A DNA stretch of 64,000 nt from Syntrophales bacterium (GCA_030654195.1 JAURXV010000155.1:13580-77579), one strand, 5' to 3'; shown: positions 47,208 to 56,527, numbered from the stretch's first letter. A program made the numbers and translations. The notes: generated by a model from the sequence alone, not told the origin.

Positions 47208-48140
47208 CTATTTTAAGCAACCCTCAATTCTGTTGAGTTCAAATTCCTCCGTCCCAATGGGTTTGGCCACATACTCATCGTGTGCCGGCAGAAATCCAAT
47301 TGGTATTGGGTTAACTGCATTCGGGTTGTGAATTACAGCCATGGGTTCAGAATTTCCGATTGCCGATGTTCCGTCTACATCCACGGCCCAAATGGCGCTG
47401 ATTGGCTGGAACCTCGCATCAAGGAAGGTGTACGCAGAAACGGGCGCCCCCTTGGGCTTTAATATTAGAGGTCGGTGTTGATGTCCAGCGCCTGTCTGTT
47501 CCAGCGAATCGCGATTGATTCTTATCTGATATGGCCCAAGCGCGAAAACCGCTTCGACGGCAAAAGGGAATTGACTTATTCCAAACAGTGCGGGAAATGG
47601 GCCATTGCGAAGTTGACGGCCATTCACAGCTATTACGTATGAATCTCCCGATGCGACGATTCCTTTTTCAATATAACCCGTAATGGCGCCGTCCGAGCTA
47701 CCAATCAGCTTTTCCGCCTTCTCTTTTATGGCGCTTGTCCACCGCAGGAGTATCGGTTCATGCGGGAAGCTTACTACATTGCCCAATTCCGATGTTAGCC
47801 ACTCTGACGGCACTCCGGTTGGTTCTGGGCAAATAACCTCGACCCAGATCTTTCTTCCATCCTCGATTACCAAAAAGTCTGGGCCGCCACCGTGTGAAGG
47901 CTCAGGGTCGAGACCAACATTGCGCAAACGTGCCGCAAGCAAAGCCTCCGATACACAGGACCAAAATTTTTGATCCGAACCTGAACAAAATTCTTTTGTG
48001 AACTTCGCATCAGCCAAGCCCGACTTTACAAACGCATTGCACGCGTTTGCGATTTCATCGCGCATTGTCTGTGGTCGGCCACTGCCGGGATATCGTTGTA
48101 GAAGGAAAGTTTCAATGCTCATGAGATTCCTGATTTCCAA
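47208..48140 (-). CDS. Hypothetical protein (310 aa) with a possible degenerate PD-(D/E)xK-like motif.
   Basis: It is a clean ORF with no competing frame. GGPDFLVIEDGRKIWVEVICPE loosely resembles a restriction-endonuclease-fold core. I recognise no family. Confidence 0.55.
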   Translation of the reverse strand: MEIRNLMSIETFLLQRYPGSGRPQTMRDEIANACNAFVKSGLADAKFTKEFCSGSDQKFWSCVSEALLAARLRNVGLDPEPSHGGGPDFLVIEDGRKIWVEVICPEPTGVPSEWLTSELGNVVSFPHEPILLRWTSAIKEKAEKLIGSSDGAITGYIEKGIVASGDSYVIAVNGRQLRNGPFPALFGISQFPFAVEAVFALGPYQIRINRDSLEQTGAGHQHRPLILKPKGAPVSAYTFLDARFQPISAIWAVDVDGTSAIGNSEPMAVIHNPNAVNPIPIGFLPAHDEYVAKPIGTEEFELNRIEGCLK

Positions 48141-48288
48141 AATCGTAAAACCGGCGGAAACGCTGGCTACACTTACAACTGCTCAGTAGGATTCATTCAT
48201 CAAGACTGAAGATCCCGGATCGAAACAAATAAACGTTAACCATGAGCGGCGGGCAGTAGCTCGTACGCTTAATGGCCTGGTTGGAGCT

Positions 48289-48879
48289 TCATTCGTAGTT
48301 GTAAGCTTGTGTCAGATCCTGGTCGTAGATCAAACAGGCATCAAGCATTGTCAGTGCGTGGTTCATGAGGTCTTCGCTTCGTTCGGGTTCCTCAAGGTAG
48401 CGCCCTTTGAATTTGCCGCCGTGGAAGAGGTTATTTCGGACCCGCCTGATGTAGATCATCATCTGGTGGGCAGTTGAACCGGTATGGATCGGAGAGTCCT
48501 TCCACTGGAGGTCTCTGTTGATCACGGTCTGTTTCTTCGGGGGGCAGTCGAAGTAGTATTGAATTGCCTTCCTCAACGAATCGGATTGTGGTTTCTCAAA
48601 AACAGGCTCCACGTGCTGTTCGAAGCGGTTCCAGTCGGGGAAGACATCACCATTCCTGTTGAGGGTATGGTATCCGCAGGCCTTGAGGGCGTACTCAAAT
48701 CTTGCGAAACGGAAAAAGAAATCGGCCGTCACTCCACTGCCACAACGGCTATGCATCGCCAGCGGTGTCAATAAACTTGCCGCTTCAGCGCCGCCGCTGG
48801 TGATGCCAGAAGCCTGGTCGACAGCGGACGTTGTCTTCCCGACCTCGCCCTTGTTATTGACCACGGCGATTGTCTTCAC
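48289..48879 (-). CDS. HEPN-like protein (R-x4-H motif) whose first 20 or so codons look like a ParA/Soj Walker-A N-terminus.
   Basis: MKTIAVVNNKGEVGKTTSAV resembles a deviant ParA KGGxGKT. The rest is unrelated to ParA and contains IRRVRNNLFHGG (R148-x4-H153). An alternative start is at Met42 (nt 48756). Confidence 0.55.
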   Translation of the reverse strand: MKTIAVVNNKGEVGKTTSAVDQASGITSGGAEAASLLTPLAMHSRCGSGVTADFFFRFARFEYALKACGYHTLNRNGDVFPDWNRFEQHVEPVFEKPQSDSLRKAIQYYFDCPPKKQTVINRDLQWKDSPIHTGSTAHQMMIYIRRVRNNLFHGGKFKGRYLEEPERSEDLMNHALTMLDACLIYDQDLTQAYNYE

Positions 48880-48961
48880 GATCGTTTTCCCCCCATCGCC
48901 AACTCTTCAGCGTTTCACCTCCTCACCTCCTCACCTTGTACTCGCCCTATAAACCGGAGCT

Positions 48962-49768
48962 TTACCACTCGTCTGCGTCAAAGTCTATGTAATCCATATG
49001 TTTCCTATCGCGGATATGGTATAATGCCGTCGCCCCTAAAGGCATCCCTTGCTTTAACCACCGTTCATGATCGTTCAGATGTGCGTTCATAAGTGATGCT
49101 TTATAGCGGGCGTTTTCTGCTTCTCTTTCTTTTTTACACTCTGGATAAGGACAATCCTTACAAATAGAATCCGGTATCACGTAACCCAACTTTTTACCTG
49201 GCAGAAAACCACAAGGTCCAAAAGCGCGAGGGATAACTTTTGTCCGGGCTACGGGATGCTCCGGATTGATGCGCAGGGCTTCACGAAAGGCTCCAATTGC
49301 GTCATCGTCGCGGTTGAGGTTACTATAAGCGACCCCGAGATTGCTCCAGGCGTCGGCGTCCTTCGGGTTGATGCGGGTGACCTGACGCAGGGCAAAGATT
49401 GCGTCATCATAGCGCTTGAGGTTGATGTAAGCGATCCCGAGGTTGGACCAGGCGGTGGCATATTCCGGATTGATGCGCAGGACTTGACGATAGGCCTCAA
49501 CGGCTTCGTTGTGGCGCTTGAGGGTATTGTAAGTAACCCCAAGGCTGTGCCAGGCTGTGAAATGCTCCGGATTGATGCGGATCGCTGCGCGATAGGCCTC
49601 GATTGCGTCGTCGTATCGGTTGAGTTCATCGTAAACCCACCCGAGGCTAAACCAGGCTACGGCATTTTCCGGTTCGCTCTTCGTCCATTTCCGGCACCAA
49701 TCAAGCATGCCCGGCCAGTCATTCATTGCGAATAGGATACTAACGCGTTTCAACCATGTATCCTTCAT
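48962..49768 (-). CDS. TPR-repeat protein with a Cys-containing C-terminal tail.
   Basis: There are five consecutive 34-aa units of the form AW.NLG.AY..L.RYDDAI.A.R.A.RINP. The start was chosen at internal ATG 49768; the track ORF starts at 49843. Confidence 0.75.
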   Translation of the reverse strand: MKDTWLKRVSILFAMNDWPGMLDWCRKWTKSEPENAVAWFSLGWVYDELNRYDDAIEAYRAAIRINPEHFTAWHSLGVTYNTLKRHNEAVEAYRQVLRINPEYATAWSNLGIAYINLKRYDDAIFALRQVTRINPKDADAWSNLGVAYSNLNRDDDAIGAFREALRINPEHPVARTKVIPRAFGPCGFLPGKKLGYVIPDSICKDCPYPECKKEREAENARYKASLMNAHLNDHERWLKQGMPLGATALYHIRDRKHMDYIDFDADEW

Positions 49769-50395
49769 TCCGTCTTTCCCCTCTTCATGAAGTCCGTCAA
49801 GTCCATACTTGGACGAACCAATGATACACAGCGGGAAAATCATATCATAATTATCTTGGAAATCAAATCATTGATAACAGGTTGAAATAAAGCATATTCA
49901 TTAGAGTTGACGATTTGTGTAGTTCAGGAAGTTAGGCTCACCCCCGATCATCCCCTAAATAATGCCACGTTTCATCCGGGATTTAGTAATATACCTCGAT
50001 AACCAAAATTGCAACTTTGAACTGAATAAGTGCGGCTCGTGAAAAAATGACATGCGCCGGCCCTTCGGTATCTACTGTTTGATATTTGAAACGATCTTTA
50101 TGATTTCGTCGGGGCCAAGTAATTTTTCTGAAAGAATCCTCACCAGCTCGGTCAATGATTCACGGCAATAAAGAAGTTCATAGGCGGCTCGCAATTCTTG
50201 CATACAAGCGAAATTGAACAAACAATCGCCGATTAGTCAAGGCTATTAAAAACGCTACTCCAGGCTGCTCGTCGGGGCGGAGTTCGATAGGTTCGGGAGC
50301 CGATTGGTCCTGAACGCCCGGATAGGACGGTCGGCGCGGATTTATCGTTCCGCTTTCGTCTCACCATTTATCCAACTATCCAACATGATTGCATG

Positions 50396-51187
50396 TTATC
50401 GTTCCGCTTTCGTTCCACCTTCTGAACTGGAGCCATCTCCCACGATATAATAGGTCCCTCGCCCGGATCCATGCGAGACGATCCATCCATCTTCAACCAG
50501 TTTTGAAATTCGCCTGTGCATGGATGTCTTGGGCAAGGTGAAAAAATCCATCAGTTGGATGATCGATGCCTTGCCTTGAGTGGACAGCCACTGACATATT
50601 CTGGCCTCTTCCGGCATCAGGCCGGCCGCCTCGAACGACGAGAAGATTTCCACGCGGAAGGCATGTTCCGTAGAAGAAAATCTCGGCGGGGGTAGATGCG
50701 CTGCGGCCATAGCCGCCCGCATGCGATAGATGCCGCTGCCCAGGCGCTCGACGTATCCCGTGCGATAGAAGAGATCGGCAAGCAGACGGTTGCGGGGCGC
50801 CGCGCGCGTTCCAAGTTCCGCCATCGACAAACCGTAAGGAAGGCCGCCGGGGCTGTCGATTTCCATTCGCTGCGGATGCATATGCACATAGATGCGTAGC
50901 GCGTCAGCAAAGTAATCCCTGTGGGTCACGGCATTCAGAAGCGCCTCCCGGAAGACCGGCTCCGGGATCTCGGGAATTTCCTCTCTGGGGCCTGCCTTTT
51001 CAATCCGATAACCGACGCGGAGATTGCGGCGGATGAATCCTGAGGCTGCTTCGAATTGCTCCTCCAATGTTCCGATGGCGTCTATGCGATCCAGGACCCC
51101 GGCCCGCGTCTCATCGGCGTACTGGCGACGCCCCGTGAGTCCGGGACAAACCATCTCTCTTTCGGCAGCGCGCCGGCTACCTGCCAA
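50396..51187 (-). CDS. COG2865-type HATPase_c_4/wHTH protein, third paralogue. It lacks the usual N-terminal AlbA_2-type domain.
   Basis: FREALLNAVTHRDYF, MEIDSPGGLP, PRNRLLADLF and ERLGSGIYRM are present. The C-terminal HTH-like segment reads KASIIQLMDFFTLPKTSMHRRISKLVEDGWI. Confidence 0.7.
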   Translation of the reverse strand: MAGSRRAAEREMVCPGLTGRRQYADETRAGVLDRIDAIGTLEEQFEAASGFIRRNLRVGYRIEKAGPREEIPEIPEPVFREALLNAVTHRDYFADALRIYVHMHPQRMEIDSPGGLPYGLSMAELGTRAAPRNRLLADLFYRTGYVERLGSGIYRMRAAMAAAHLPPPRFSSTEHAFRVEIFSSFEAAGLMPEEARICQWLSTQGKASIIQLMDFFTLPKTSMHRRISKLVEDGWIVSHGSGRGTYYIVGDGSSSEGGTKAER

Positions 51188-51326
51188 CCCATTTTTCCCC
51201 TCCCCTCCACCATATATTGTGGTTCTCCCCCACGATCCCCACAGCCGATTGTATTTTTTCTTTACAAATCCATTTTCTTCTGATAGAATCCACTCAAAAT
51301 TAGCTATCTAACGGATTTAAAAGAAG

Positions 51327-54300
51327 ATGAGGCTAAAAAGACTCGAAATTACCGGTTTCAAATCCTTCAGGGAGAAGGTTGTCGTCGATTTCTCCCCCGG
51401 GATCAGCGGCATTGTCGGCCCCAACGGCTGCGGCAAGAGCAACATCGCCGACGCAATCCGCTGGGTCATGGGCGAGCAGCGGGTCAAGACCCTCCGCGGG
51501 AAGAAGATGGACGACGTGATCTTCAACGGCTCGGAGGAGGCCGCCCCTGTCGGCATGGCCGAGGTCTCCATGATCCTCACGGCGGACGGGCAGCAGTTCC
51601 CCGGCAATTACGCGGAATGCAGCGAGATGATGATCGCCCGTCGCCTCTTTCGCGATGGGGAGAGCGAATACACGATCAACAAGATTCCGTGCCGCCTGCT
51701 GGACGTTCGGGAATTCTTCATGGGCACGGGGGTCGGCGCCCGGACCTACTCCCTCGTTGAGCAAAACAGCGTCGCCTCTCTTGTCGAGGCGAAGCCGGAA
51801 GATCGACGGCAGTTCATCGAAGAGGCGGCCGGCATCTCCAAATACAAGAGCCGGAAGGAGTCCGCGGTCCGGAAGATGGAGGCGACCCGGGAGAACATGG
51901 TCCGCCTGAACGACATCCTCCGCGAGGTGAAGACCCAGCTCAACACGATCTCCCGCCAGGCGAAGAGGGCGGAGCAGTACAAGGCTTTGAAGCAGTCCCT
52001 CAAAGAGGCCGAGCTCACCGTCGCCCTTCAGACCTGCGCCGACCTGTCCGCCTGCCGGGCCTCTCGGGAAGAGGCGAAACAGGCGCTCCAAAACCGGGAG
52101 ACGGAGGTCCGGACACGCCTACAGTCCATCGAGGCCGCCCTGGAGAAACTGAAGGCGGAGATCCTCGAAAACGATGGCCTGATCTCGGCCCACCAGGAAA
52201 AACGCTACGTCACGAAAAACGCTATCAATATCAAGGAACAGGGGATCGAATTCTCCCGACGGAAAATCGCCGATCTTGCCGCAAGACGGGCGAAGGACCT
52301 TGCGGAAGGCGAGGCCCTGAAACGGCGCGAGGGCGAGACCGACGGCGAAATCGTTTCCCTCCGGGCCGCCGCGGCCGAGGCGGAAGAGAGGGTCGGGACG
52401 CTCCGGAAGGAGGTCGCCGAGGGGGCGCAGGCCCTCGAAGAACTCCGGCGGATGGACCGGACCTGCCGGCAGGCCTTGGAGGAAAAGAAGATCCGGTACA
52501 TCGACATCGTCACCGAAAAGGCCAAGCTGAAAAACATGGTCGTCGGCCTTGCCCGGATGGTCGAAGACTTCGGGAAACGGGAGGCGAGGGAGGTCCGGGA
52601 GATCGAGGAAACCGGGAAGCGATCGGCGGAACTCCGCCGCACGCTGGGAAAACTCCGCTCCGGGCTTGCCGTCGACGAGGAGGGCTTTGCGGAACTTGGA
52701 CAGAGGCGAGAGGAGATCGCCGACGAGCTGGAACGCGCCCGTGGGGAGCTGGCGGAGGCCGAGGAAAAGATCGCCGGACTCCGCGAAGAGAACAGCCGGA
52801 AGGCGGCGAGACTCGCCTCGCTCAGGGAATTCGAAGAGAGCTACGCCGGATGCAACGAGGGGGTCAAGTCCCTTATGACCGGCGGCAAGGGGTCCGGCCG
52901 GCAGGGTCTCTCCCGCGATCTCTTCCTGGGCCTCGTCGCCGACCACATCCGCGTCCCCCGGGAGTACGAAACGGCCGTCGAGGCGGTCCTCGGGGAGAAG
53001 CTCCAGTACGTCGTGGTGAAGGATCAGGCGGACGGCATCCGGGCGATCGACTACCTGAAAAGCGCCTCCCTCGGCCGCGGAAGTTTCGTCCCTCTGGAGG
53101 TCCGGCCCCACGCCTCCGGCGCCTCCCTCGCAGTGCACGAACATCTCCGGGAGGCGGTCCCGCTGATCGAACGGATCACGGTCCGGGAGGATTGCCGGGC
53201 GATCGTCAACGAACTGTTGGGCGACGTCCTTCTGATCCCGAACCTCGGGTGCGGCATCTCCCTCTGGCGGCAGAACGGCTTCTGCGGCACCTTCGTCACG
53301 CCGGATGGGGACATCATTAGCCCGAGCGGCATCCTGACGGGCGGAAGCGGCAACGGCAACGACCGGAGCCTGCTGCGTAACCGGCGTGAAATCGCCGAGC
53401 TTACCGAAGAGGTTGTAAAGCTCCAGGCCGAACTCCAGCAGGAGCAGGAAGGCCGGAAAAAAGCCGCTTCCCTGATCGCCCAGTGGGACGAAGAGCTCCT
53501 CCGCCTCCGTTCCCAGGTCCACCTCACGGAACTCCGGATCAACGGCCTCCGAAAGGACGTCGAACGGTACGAAGGCGAATTGCGCCAGGTCGGGGAGCGG
53601 CTCAAGGCCCTCCATTTCAATCGGGAAAACCTCGCCGCGGAGGCCGCCGACGCCCGGGGGAAGATCGCACGGCACGAGGCGGAGATGAAGGCCATCGTAG
53701 GCAAAGAGGCGGCGCTCAACGGGGCGATGGCCGGCGACCGGGAGCGGGGGGATGCGCTCCGGGCCGATCTGGAAGAGCGGGAGCACGCCCTCACCGAACG
53801 GAAGGTCCGCCTGGCCTCCGTCGAAGAAAAGCGGGAGGCCGACCTGAAGACGCTGACCCGTCTGGAAACCTCGCTTGTCGACCACTCCCGCGAGATCGCC
53901 GCCCGGACGGCCGACGCGGAGACCTGTGAACGCGAAGCGCAGGCGCTTGCCATTCAGATCGCCGCCGAGGAAGAAGCGCTCAAAGGCCTCTACGCCGAGT
54001 GCGAAACCATAGAGAAAACCCTCTCCGAAAAGCGGGACGCCCAGCAGCAGAAGGAGGTCCTCCTCCGGGCGCGGGAGGCGGAGATCCGGGAGATCAAGAA
54101 GGTCCTCGACGGACAGCTCCGCGAAGGGACCGAATTAGAGGTCGCCGCCCGGGAGATTGCGCTGCAGATGGAGAACCTCCAGAGGAACATCCAGGAGAAG
54201 CACGGCGCGGACCTCGCGCAGCTCCTCCCGGAATTCCATCCGCTCGAGGAGGAGGCTCTAACGGCGATTGCCGACCGGCTCGAAAAGGACCGGCAGGCCG

Positions 54301-54902
54301 TCGAGAATTTCGGCGAGGTCAACCTGCTCGCCCTTTCCGAGCACGAAGAGCTGAAGACCCGCTTCGAGTTTCTCACCGGCCAGATCGCCGACCTGAACGC
54401 CTCCCTGGATACGCTCCAGAAGACGATCACCCGGATCAACACCGTCTGCCGGCAGAGGTTCGCCGAAACCTTCGCGGGGGTCAACCGGTGCTTCCAGCAG
54501 GTCTTCTCACGCCTCTTCCCCGGCGGCAGGGCTGAGCTCAGCCTGACCGACGAGAACGACCTCCTCGAAACGGGCGTGGACATCGAAATCCAGATCCCGG
54601 GGAAACGGACACAGAGCGTCACGCTCCTTTCCGGCGGCGAGAAGTCTCTGTCGGCGATCGCGCTCATCTTCTCGGTCCTGCTCTACCGCCCCGTACCCTT
54701 TGTTCTGCTGGACGAGGTGGACGCAGCGCTCGATGACACGAACATCGCGCTTTTCAGCCGCCTGGTGAAGGATACCGCGGCCCAATCCCAAATCCTGATG
54801 ATCACCCACAACAAGAAATCGATGGAAATCGTGGACAGCCTCTACGGCGTCACGATCCTGAAGCAGGGGGTCTCCACGCTGGTATCCGTGAGCCTCAACT
54901 GA
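51327..54902 (+). CDS. smc: Chromosome segregation protein SMC.
   Basis: Walker A GPNGCGKSNI, a long coiled coil with a hinge (GLVADHIRVP..YETAVEAVLG), signature LSGGEKSLSAIAL, and Walker B FVLLDEVDAALD. Confidence 0.95.
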   Translation: MRLKRLEITGFKSFREKVVVDFSPGISGIVGPNGCGKSNIADAIRWVMGEQRVKTLRGKKMDDVIFNGSEEAAPVGMAEVSMILTADGQQFPGNYAECSEMMIARRLFRDGESEYTINKIPCRLLDVREFFMGTGVGARTYSLVEQNSVASLVEAKPEDRRQFIEEAAGISKYKSRKESAVRKMEATRENMVRLNDILREVKTQLNTISRQAKRAEQYKALKQSLKEAELTVALQTCADLSACRASREEAKQALQNRETEVRTRLQSIEAALEKLKAEILENDGLISAHQEKRYVTKNAINIKEQGIEFSRRKIADLAARRAKDLAEGEALKRREGETDGEIVSLRAAAAEAEERVGTLRKEVAEGAQALEELRRMDRTCRQALEEKKIRYIDIVTEKAKLKNMVVGLARMVEDFGKREAREVREIEETGKRSAELRRTLGKLRSGLAVDEEGFAELGQRREEIADELERARGELAEAEEKIAGLREENSRKAARLASLREFEESYAGCNEGVKSLMTGGKGSGRQGLSRDLFLGLVADHIRVPREYETAVEAVLGEKLQYVVVKDQADGIRAIDYLKSASLGRGSFVPLEVRPHASGASLAVHEHLREAVPLIERITVREDCRAIVNELLGDVLLIPNLGCGISLWRQNGFCGTFVTPDGDIISPSGILTGGSGNGNDRSLLRNRREIAELTEEVVKLQAELQQEQEGRKKAASLIAQWDEELLRLRSQVHLTELRINGLRKDVERYEGELRQVGERLKALHFNRENLAAEAADARGKIARHEAEMKAIVGKEAALNGAMAGDRERGDALRADLEEREHALTERKVRLASVEEKREADLKTLTRLETSLVDHSREIAARTADAETCEREAQALAIQIAAEEEALKGLYAECETIEKTLSEKRDAQQQKEVLLRAREAEIREIKKVLDGQLREGTELEVAAREIALQMENLQRNIQEKHGADLAQLLPEFHPLEEEALTAIADRLEKDRQAVENFGEVNLLALSEHEELKTRFEFLTGQIADLNASLDTLQKTITRINTVCRQRFAETFAGVNRCFQQVFSRLFPGGRAELSLTDENDLLETGVDIEIQIPGKRTQSVTLLSGGEKSLSAIALIFSVLLYRPVPFVLLDEVDAALDDTNIALFSRLVKDTAAQSQILMITHNKKSMEIVDSLYGVTILKQGVSTLVSVSLN

Positions 54903-55010
54903 CCTTTCAAAAACGTTTAGATGCAAGGCGCATCATTATAGAATAAAAGAAACCAGCAAAGTAATATTCGAATTATTATTCATCATTAACGACCTCTTAA
55001 TTTCTCCGGG

Positions 55011-56129
55011 TCACCGCGCCAGCGCGCTGACGTCGGTGATCGCTTCGGCCGCCCCGAACATCGGGATGCGCTTCACCCCGGCCGCGGCGAAGTCCAGCTT
55101 CTTGAACTCCACCTTGCGCAGGTTGAAGTTGTCGTAGGTGCGGAAGTAGAACACCCGGTTGGTCAAGTCGCTGAAGGTGGCCCACTGCGTGGACTCGCTG
55201 GGGGCCTGCTTTCCCGCGGTCGCCTCGCCCTTGGGCGGCGGATCAATCGCCATGCCGTGGATGATGTCGAAGTTGTTCATGATGTGCTGGGCCAGGTTCA
55301 GGGTCCGCCCCGCGTCCGGCTGCCCGTAGGCGAACCGGGTCAGGGCGGCCAGACGGACGAAACGGCTCGGCGGGGTCAGGTCCCCCGGAAGGCCGAACAT
55401 CCCGGCGCCGTGGCCGGTCGGGCGCATGGTGACGCCGGACTGCTCGAGCGGCTGCGGCCGGAAGTTCTCGAGGCCGATGTACTGGCGCAGGTTGGTCATC
55501 TGCCAGGGGAAGCGGGGGGCGTTGGTCATGATGCCGAGCGGGTTATCGTAGACGCGCAGGGCGCCCTCCTCGTACTCGATGACCTTGCAGTCGCCCTTCG
55601 CGTCGCACGCGTTGAAATGGATCGTCGGGCAGAACGGCGGCGTCCCGGGCACGCAGTAGGAAACGGCCTTCAGCTTCGACAGCTCCCGCTCGATGTCCGC
55701 CACGCTGTCCAGGTTCCCGAGGATCCAGTCGGTGACCAGCGGCCCGGCGAGCGTCTGCGCCCTCTTGCCCGGGTTCCACTCCTGCCATTTCATGTCAACC
55801 TCGAACCAGAGCCCGCTGACCGCCACCCCCTTCTCGTTCATCCCTTCATTCACGCCGAACTCCCCCCCGAACTGTGTCACGCCGACATACCCGTACCGGG
55901 TCTTCCAGGCCGCCCCCGCCTTGCCGTCGGGCGCGGGGCTGACGATCTCCATGTTGCGCGGCACGACGATGAGGTCGAACTTGAGATCGGCGATGAACTC
56001 CATCGATCGCCCGGTGATGACGGTGCCGTCCCCCGCCTTCAGTCGGAACACCATGCAGGCATCCGCCGCGTGTTCGATCATGACGCCGGTCAGCGCGGCA
56101 ACGATGAGAAGAATGGGTTTCCAGTTCAT
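55011..56129 (-). CDS. Secreted Ntn hydrolase of the choloylglycine hydrolase / linear amide C-N hydrolase family.
   Basis: The signal peptide MNWKPILLIVAALTGVMIEHAADA is followed by the Cys nucleophile (CMVFRL). The start was chosen at ATG 56129. Confidence 0.8.
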   Translation of the reverse strand: MNWKPILLIVAALTGVMIEHAADACMVFRLKAGDGTVITGRSMEFIADLKFDLIVVPRNMEIVSPAPDGKAGAAWKTRYGYVGVTQFGGEFGVNEGMNEKGVAVSGLWFEVDMKWQEWNPGKRAQTLAGPLVTDWILGNLDSVADIERELSKLKAVSYCVPGTPPFCPTIHFNACDAKGDCKVIEYEEGALRVYDNPLGIMTNAPRFPWQMTNLRQYIGLENFRPQPLEQSGVTMRPTGHGAGMFGLPGDLTPPSRFVRLAALTRFAYGQPDAGRTLNLAQHIMNNFDIIHGMAIDPPPKGEATAGKQAPSESTQWATFSDLTNRVFYFRTYDNFNLRKVEFKKLDFAAAGVKRIPMFGAAEAITDVSALAR

Positions 56130-56403
56130 GGGGATTTCCTTTCCCTGCAAGATTGAGTCGAGGTCGGGTAAAAATACGGTGCGCGCATATTTATGGCAAC
56201 GCCTTCCATTGTTTCCACCGTTTCCAGTTTCGCTACAAAGCGACGCCAGACCGTGCATCGCGTTTCCGCAAGCCCTTTTTTCATCCAGCCGTCAACATCT
56301 GCGCTGTACATATCACAATTATGGAAGAAAAGAGCATTATTGATTAACGATTGAAATCAAGCGTTTCGTCGGGTTTTACTTTTTGTGGATTACAGGAACG
56401 CAT

Positions 56404-56483
56404 CAACCGGATGTATCAAAAAGGAGATCACCTTCCATTTCGCCGACGAGATGCTGGAGGTCCTCCGCCTCGCCCTGGAATAA
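56404..56483 (+). pseudogene. Possible 3'-terminal relic of a lon protease gene.
   Basis: The frame ending at TAA 56481-56483 reads ..KKEITFHFADEMLEVLRLALE*, which resembles the conserved extreme C-terminus of Lon (..F.FV..MDEVL..AL). No upstream Lon sequence is present. Confidence 0.4.
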
Positions 56484-56527
56484 AAACCGGGATCATCGGG
56501 AGAAAGGGGGGAGCGGCATCCCCGTTG

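Noticed and set aside
50083-50214. 43-codon minus-strand ORF (MQELRAAYELLYCRESLTELVRILSEKLLGPDEIIKIVSNIKQ) in the 550-nt AT-rich gap.
   Set aside because: It looks like a plausible helical peptide, but it has no RBS that I can defend and no family recognition. It could be a fragment of a larger lost gene.
50260-50300. GGAGTTCGATAGGTTCGGGAGCC as a tRNA 3' fragment marking an att site.
   Set aside because: Only about 9 nt (GAGTTCGAT) match the tRNA-Ala T-arm, and there is no acceptor-stem continuation. This is probably chance.
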